From IMG/VR virus record IMGVR_UViG_3300031867_000006, positions 1-64,000 of that record: DNA of 64,000 bases; one strand, 5' to 3'. Of this stretch, positions 59,830 through 64,000 are shown in pieces (position 1 is the stretch's first letter; each line of letters begins with the position of its first letter). The notes below the pieces were generated by a model that made no database searches, was not told where the DNA came from, and worked only from the letters and a program-made list of their open reading frames with translations. Origin of the DNA: a virus. Taxonomy: Duplodnaviria; Caudoviricetes. The position numbers and the translations under genes were made by a program.

Positions 59830-59851
59830 CCCTAGGGATTTCTCCCTAGGG
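59830..59851. terminator. CCCTAGGG-family hairpin
   Basis: CCCTAGGGATTTCTCCCTAGGG, identical to 30961-30982; T-run on the minus strand. Confidence 0.75.
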
Positions 59852-59903
59852 TGTTAGAAAGGAATATATGTTTAACAAGGCGTCTATGCCATTGATTGCC
59901 TAA

Positions 59904-60458
59904 TTACTTAAGCCAGGAAGGGCAAGAACCTGCAACGCTGAGTGTCTCATAGCTGGGAACCTTTGTAGACTGCTTAGAATATGCAGGCGTTCCATCAGGA
60001 TTAACACCAGTCTTAATGGGGAATGTTGATACAGACTCAGGCTTGATCTTAAGCTTAAGAGATACGTCGCTCTTTTCACGCTTTCCAAGAGGAAGCTTCC
60101 TGCCAGTATGAAGATAGGTATTGATAAACTCCTTAGAAATTCCAACCATAGCTGTAGCATCAGCCTTGGTGAATTCGTAACCAGCTGCAAGAGTCTGAGC
60201 CTCTGCCTTGGGAATAGAACCAGCTCCAGCAAGGATATCAGTAGCAATTACAACTGCATCTTCACGAGGGCAGTACTGTCCTTCAACGCCAGACTTGCCG
60301 TAGATATCAACCTTATAATCCGGATCATTAAGCATTGCTCTCATTACGCTGATCTCATCTGCCTTGGATGCCGATGACTGTGTCTTCTCAGTATCAATTT
60401 TCTTTACAAGGTCTGTTACTTTAATTTGTTCCATTTGTTTATCCTCCTTATGAAACAT
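59904..60458 (-). CDS. Putative DNA-binding protein, possibly HU/IHF-like
   Basis: Helical core, then YLHTGRKLPLG and a beta-arm-like segment; highly-expressed codon bias; probable start MEQIK. Confidence 0.45.
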   Translation of the reverse strand: MFHKEDKQMEQIKVTDLVKKIDTEKTQSSASKADEISVMRAMLNDPDYKVDIYGKSGVEGQYCPREDAVVIATDILAGAGSIPKAEAQTLAAGYEFTKADATAMVGISKEFINTYLHTGRKLPLGKREKSDVSLKLKIKPESVSTFPIKTGVNPDGTPAYSKQSTKVPSYETLSVAGSCPSWLK

Positions 60459-60541
60459 AATATTGGTTTTCTGCTACTAAGACTACGCAAAGCCCTAATA
60501 ATCATTACAAATATGTATGTATATTTGTAAACTTTTACGCG

Positions 60542-60694
60542 TTAGGCAGTCTTAGCTTCCTTCTCTTTATCTACTATTCTACACATAACCACTTTCTTAG
60601 GCGGTTTACCCTTAGCTTTGATATAATCGTTCAATTCCGTATCTGTCATTGATGTCAATATATCTAAAAAGTCTTTTCTAGACATCTTTTTCAT
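60542..60694 (-). CDS. 50-aa basic protein
   Basis: Not in ORF track; AGGAGG RBS; MKKMSRKDFLDILTSMTDTELNDYIKAKGKPPKKVVMCRIVDKEKEAKTA. Confidence 0.75.
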   Translation of the reverse strand: MKKMSRKDFLDILTSMTDTELNDYIKAKGKPPKKVVMCRIVDKEKEAKTA

Positions 60695-60738
60695 CGTACT
60701 CTACCTCCTTTAAGTACATGTAACCATAGAGATAAAGT

Positions 60739-61134
60739 TTAATATTTATCGCCGTTCATATCCATTATATTCTTGAGTACATTGGCAGTATCATATTCAA
60801 GATCCATTGTTTTATATAGAATCTTAATCTCATTGGTATCATGAGGATATTTTTCCTTTAGAGCATTATTAAATAGCATCTTAATAGATTTAGCTACTTC
60901 CATATCTGATATGTCATCCATACTAGATCCAGGAAACATATCATTGGTTAAATCTGTAAGACCAAGTATTCTCTTTGGAACTTCAACACGAATTTTATAG
61001 TTCTTATTCCTGACCATATTTAATAATACAGTTTCAGTATTTATGTAATCATTTAGATCTATAAATTTACACCCAAAGATTCTACCAATATATAATGGAT
61101 CACGCATCTTTTCCTGGTTCAGCATCGATGACAA
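60739..61134 (-). CDS. Hypothetical protein
   Basis: 131-aa ORF; start uncertain. Confidence 0.55.
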   Translation of the reverse strand: MSSMLNQEKMRDPLYIGRIFGCKFIDLNDYINTETVLLNMVRNKNYKIRVEVPKRILGLTDLTNDMFPGSSMDDISDMEVAKSIKMLFNNALKEKYPHDTNEIKILYKTMDLEYDTANVLKNIMDMNGDKY

Positions 61135-61732
61135 TTGGATCTACCTCCTCTATACCTACAATATACATCTTATGATTAAACTCATTGAATGAATCTAATC
61201 CCTTCTTCATAATTAAAGCGCCCATCTTCTGCTCATCGAATGTAATGATAAAATCCTTATCTTCAATGGTCATATTAGCGTCAGATTTAAGAACGTGCCC
61301 AACTCTGCTGATTATAACAGAATTCTCTTTAATGGCGAATTTATTATTGTCAGCGTACTCTTCGAGCTCTTTGAGACATGCTTCTTCATCCTGACCATCC
61401 TTGGCTATGATAAGCTTAGCGTTGATGACTTTATCATCAGATCCAATAGGTTTATAGAATATGCCATAGATGGTATCAAGCTCATCATTCTTACCGACAG
61501 TCTTATTAGTCTTGAATTCATCTCTGCTGGCAATCCGAAATAATACCATAGATGATGTAATATTATACATCAAAGCATCGTTAGTAAACTTAGAGATATT
61601 CATATAAACCTTGCGGAATATGGATGTGGTATTCTCCGCATCTTCATCCTCAAGAAGCCTAACTCTAGTATTTATGTTAAACTCTTCTCCAGTGAGAAGA
61701 TGTATATCATTAAGTACAATATACTTATCCAT
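61100..61732 (-). CDS. Hypothetical protein
   Basis: 210-aa ORF with RBS. Confidence 0.65.
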   Translation of the reverse strand: MDKYIVLNDIHLLTGEEFNINTRVRLLEDEDAENTTSIFRKVYMNISKFTNDALMYNITSSMVLFRIASRDEFKTNKTVGKNDELDTIYGIFYKPIGSDDKVINAKLIIAKDGQDEEACLKELEEYADNNKFAIKENSVIISRVGHVLKSDANMTIEDKDFIITFDEQKMGALIMKKGLDSFNEFNHKMYIVGIEEVDPIVIDAEPGKDA

Positions 61733-61741
61733 CTTATCCTC

Positions 61742-62062
61742 CTACACTATCTCAACTTCCAAGCCATTACATCTGTCCTCAAGCCTAGCGAATACAGTTG
61801 CGTTATCGCAATTTGTAACTTCGCCATAAAGAGTAATAGCTTCTGATTCATTCTTTGCTACTATGGCTACAGGATTCCTCATAGATAAACCTGACTCTTC
61901 TGTATAGTCATTTTCGCATGCCAAAAATAAAGATTTATGATGAAGCTGGTTGGTCACGCCTTCTTCCATATAACCATTTACAAAATCACTTGTAAAGCCT
62001 ACCATATTATTATATAGTGCATCAAGCACATCAGGCTTTGGCCTATATATAAACTGAATCAT
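61742..62062 (-). CDS. Hypothetical protein
   Basis: 106-aa ORF, coupled. Confidence 0.6.
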   Translation of the reverse strand: MIQFIYRPKPDVLDALYNNMVGFTSDFVNGYMEEGVTNQLHHKSLFLACENDYTEESGLSMRNPVAIVAKNESEAITLYGEVTNCDNATVFARLEDRCNGLEVEIV

Positions 62063-62463
62063 TTTTTATCTCCTTTCTTAATAATTTTTGGAGTTCTCAT
62101 TAGTTTTATAAACTGCAAACCACAGTTATTAGCATATATGGTAGTCTGGTTATACACTCTTATCTTAGAGGATCTATAATCATAACCGCCACTGATAGAT
62201 AAATATTTACCAACTACAAGTATATGCTTATCTGAGTCTAAGCATTCGCTGAAATTAATGAAATCTTCTATAGTAACAATACTGTTTAACCACGCAGTAT
62301 CAATTATATAATCAATACCAGGGATATCTCTAAATGCCCTCATAAACATAGCATATTTATTTTCAGAACCACTTAATATTTTCCCTCTATTTAGATTGCT
62401 GCGTGTATATATGATATGATCTTTCATAAGATATTCTTTAAGGATTGCCTCTTTCATAAGCAC
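62059..62463 (-). CDS. Hypothetical protein
   Basis: 134-aa ORF with RBS. Confidence 0.6.
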   Translation of the reverse strand: MLMKEAILKEYLMKDHIIYTRSNLNRGKILSGSENKYAMFMRAFRDIPGIDYIIDTAWLNSIVTIEDFINFSECLDSDKHILVVGKYLSISGGYDYRSSKIRVYNQTTIYANNCGLQFIKLMRTPKIIKKGDKK

Positions 62464-62466
62464 CTC

Positions 62467-63531
62467 CTAAAGACCATTTAAATCCAAAGGATTATCTATG
62501 AAGTATTGATTGTTAATGTTCCGGACAGTATTTGGATCATGCAAATCAATCAGCCAGCTTATATCTCTAGATTCAGCCATAGAACTATAAATTCTATATT
62601 GGAACGGCAAATCCACAGCATTGAATCTATATTTGAAAGTGACTGGATCTGTATACTTAGCAATTCCCGGTAAGTTATTGTAAATATAATCAGTATCACT
62701 ATTATAACCATTAATGATCTTATTCGCAGAGACTGCCTCACTAAGCAATCTGCTACTTATGGTTATATTACACATAGCTTTAAGATTATACTCATACAAA
62801 CCAACGCATGTGATCAGTATACTTAATAATCCAGAATCTAACGTAGCCAAATAACCCAATGTCTTATCATTGTTTGTTTTGAATGATCTAGCCAATACGT
62901 TAGACTTATTCACATAGAATGATATGTCCTCAGCATTCTTCTTAGATGGTCTTAATATAACAGTATTGTTGAATAATGCTGGCAACTGATAGCATAATTT
63001 ATCCTTAGTGATTATCACTGCTGGAACATCCATATTCTTGGATATATTCTCATAGATAAACATAGAACAATTAGTGGTTCTCTTAATAAGATAAACACCT
63101 TCTATGTATGCTACCAGTATCTTTAATAATTCCAATTGGGATTCTATATATGAATTGGTATTGTCATATTCAAGAGTATCTTTGAAAGATTCGTTATTAT
63201 CACCGAATGATTGATAGAACTGTTTGTGGTTTCCAGATTCATTAGTACCATAGACTAAATATATTCTTGTTGCTACTCCATATCTAGTCCAATAAAATCT
63301 ACGCATATGGGCTGCTAAGTTTATCAATCCTGATACTATGAGAAGTTTCTTCTCTATAGATACTTGCCTCTTATACACACCCTTAAGCATATCAAATACA
63401 TCTATATATACATCTATCTTATCAGATGATGTATCGAAAGCTTCACTCATCAATTTTTCTAGCATATCATACTTTATATAATATGCATACATCAAGCTTT
63501 CTAATTTTACTTTGAAATCATCCATTTTCAC
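62467..63531 (-). CDS. Hypothetical protein, possible PIN/5'-nuclease-like fold
   Basis: VYIDVFDML...IYLVY...VIITKD layout resembles PIN/FEN folds, but the acidic residues look incomplete. Confidence 0.4.
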   Translation of the reverse strand: MKMDDFKVKLESLMYAYYIKYDMLEKLMSEAFDTSSDKIDVYIDVFDMLKGVYKRQVSIEKKLLIVSGLINLAAHMRRFYWTRYGVATRIYLVYGTNESGNHKQFYQSFGDNNESFKDTLEYDNTNSYIESQLELLKILVAYIEGVYLIKRTTNCSMFIYENISKNMDVPAVIITKDKLCYQLPALFNNTVILRPSKKNAEDISFYVNKSNVLARSFKTNNDKTLGYLATLDSGLLSILITCVGLYEYNLKAMCNITISSRLLSEAVSANKIINGYNSDTDYIYNNLPGIAKYTDPVTFKYRFNAVDLPFQYRIYSSMAESRDISWLIDLHDPNTVRNINNQYFIDNPLDLNGL

Positions 63532-63793
63532 TACCTAAAATGAGTTCTAATACTTTAGCCTTAATCTCCGGATTGTTTAAAGCATCATGACATCGCTTAC
63601 ACATATAGGTTATATCATTAACCTCATCCAACATGAAAGGCTCGCCACAAATGATACAATCTCTTGCCAGATTGAATCCAAGAATTGTACCTTTATCATT
63701 GTTATTGCCAACAGGGATAACTTTCTCAGGTTTCTTAATAGATCCCCTTCTGATATTATCTTTATCAAGCAGCATCTTCGGAATCCTCCTCAT
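63518..63793 (-). CDS. Small zinc-finger protein
   Basis: CIICG...MCKRC. Confidence 0.55.
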   Translation of the reverse strand: MRRIPKMLLDKDNIRRGSIKKPEKVIPVGNNNDKGTILGFNLARDCIICGEPFMLDEVNDITYMCKRCHDALNNPEIKAKVLELILGSENG

Positions 63794-64000
63794 CTTCTTC
63801 AGATTTATATTCTACAAGCTGGCTAGGGTCATAGAAATCTTCACTACCATCATCATCGTACCCAGCCGCTTCTATCTCAGTATAATGTTCAAGATCCTCT
63901 TCAAATGTATCTCTTGTACTGAGTCCTCTAAGGATACGTCTGGGATCTCCATATCCATTTTCTACTAATACACATGTAAGCTCATCTGCTGCTTCATCAG
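63765..64000 (-). CDS. Acidic hypothetical protein, 3' part only
   Basis: Manual translation ...DEAADELTCVLVENGYGDPRRILRGL...EDEEDSEDAA*. Confidence 0.55.
   Translation of the reverse strand, partial: DEAADELTCVLVENGYGDPRRILRGLSTRDTFEEDLEHYTEIEAAGYDDDGSEDFYDPSQLVEYKSEEDEEDSEDAA

Noticed and set aside
1-64000. Alternative genetic code or tRNA/rRNA genes
   Set aside because: Long ORFs tile the window under the standard code with TAA, TAG and TGA all used as stops; no tRNA or rRNA recognised by eye

Overview
AT-rich, densely coding window from what looks like a phiKZ/AR9-like jumbo phage of a Firmicute (strong GGAGG ribosome-binding sites; host is an inference). It carries nucleotide-metabolism genes (RNase HI, dUTPase, a degenerate dUTPase-fold paralog, ThyA), a 1449-aa phage multisubunit RNA polymerase beta-like subunit, tail and baseplate genes, a family of paralogous putative internal head proteins, a RusA-like resolvase and a 3826-aa tape-measure/tail lysin. 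The centrepiece is a complete diversity-generating retroelement (DGR): an Ig-repeat fibre/adhesin target gene with VR 25333-25459, an Avd-like gene, TR 26304-26430 and an RT. About 10 kb to the left, in inverted orientation, lies a start-less second copy of the C-terminal third of the same target gene (13693-14628). It shares exact 16-bp and 41-bp inverted repeats with the target at the in-frame junction. Inversion of the ~10-kb segment between them, or gene conversion, would swap receptor-binding tips, so a cassette switch may be layered on DGR hypermutation. Also seen: a shared C-terminal KxxMCxI[VI]D motif on the Avd-like protein and two unrelated phage proteins, a 22-bp putative early promoter, an AR9-like ACA-N6-TAA putative late promoter, and a family of CCCTAGGG hairpins. 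All protein calls are by eye from motifs; no searches were run.
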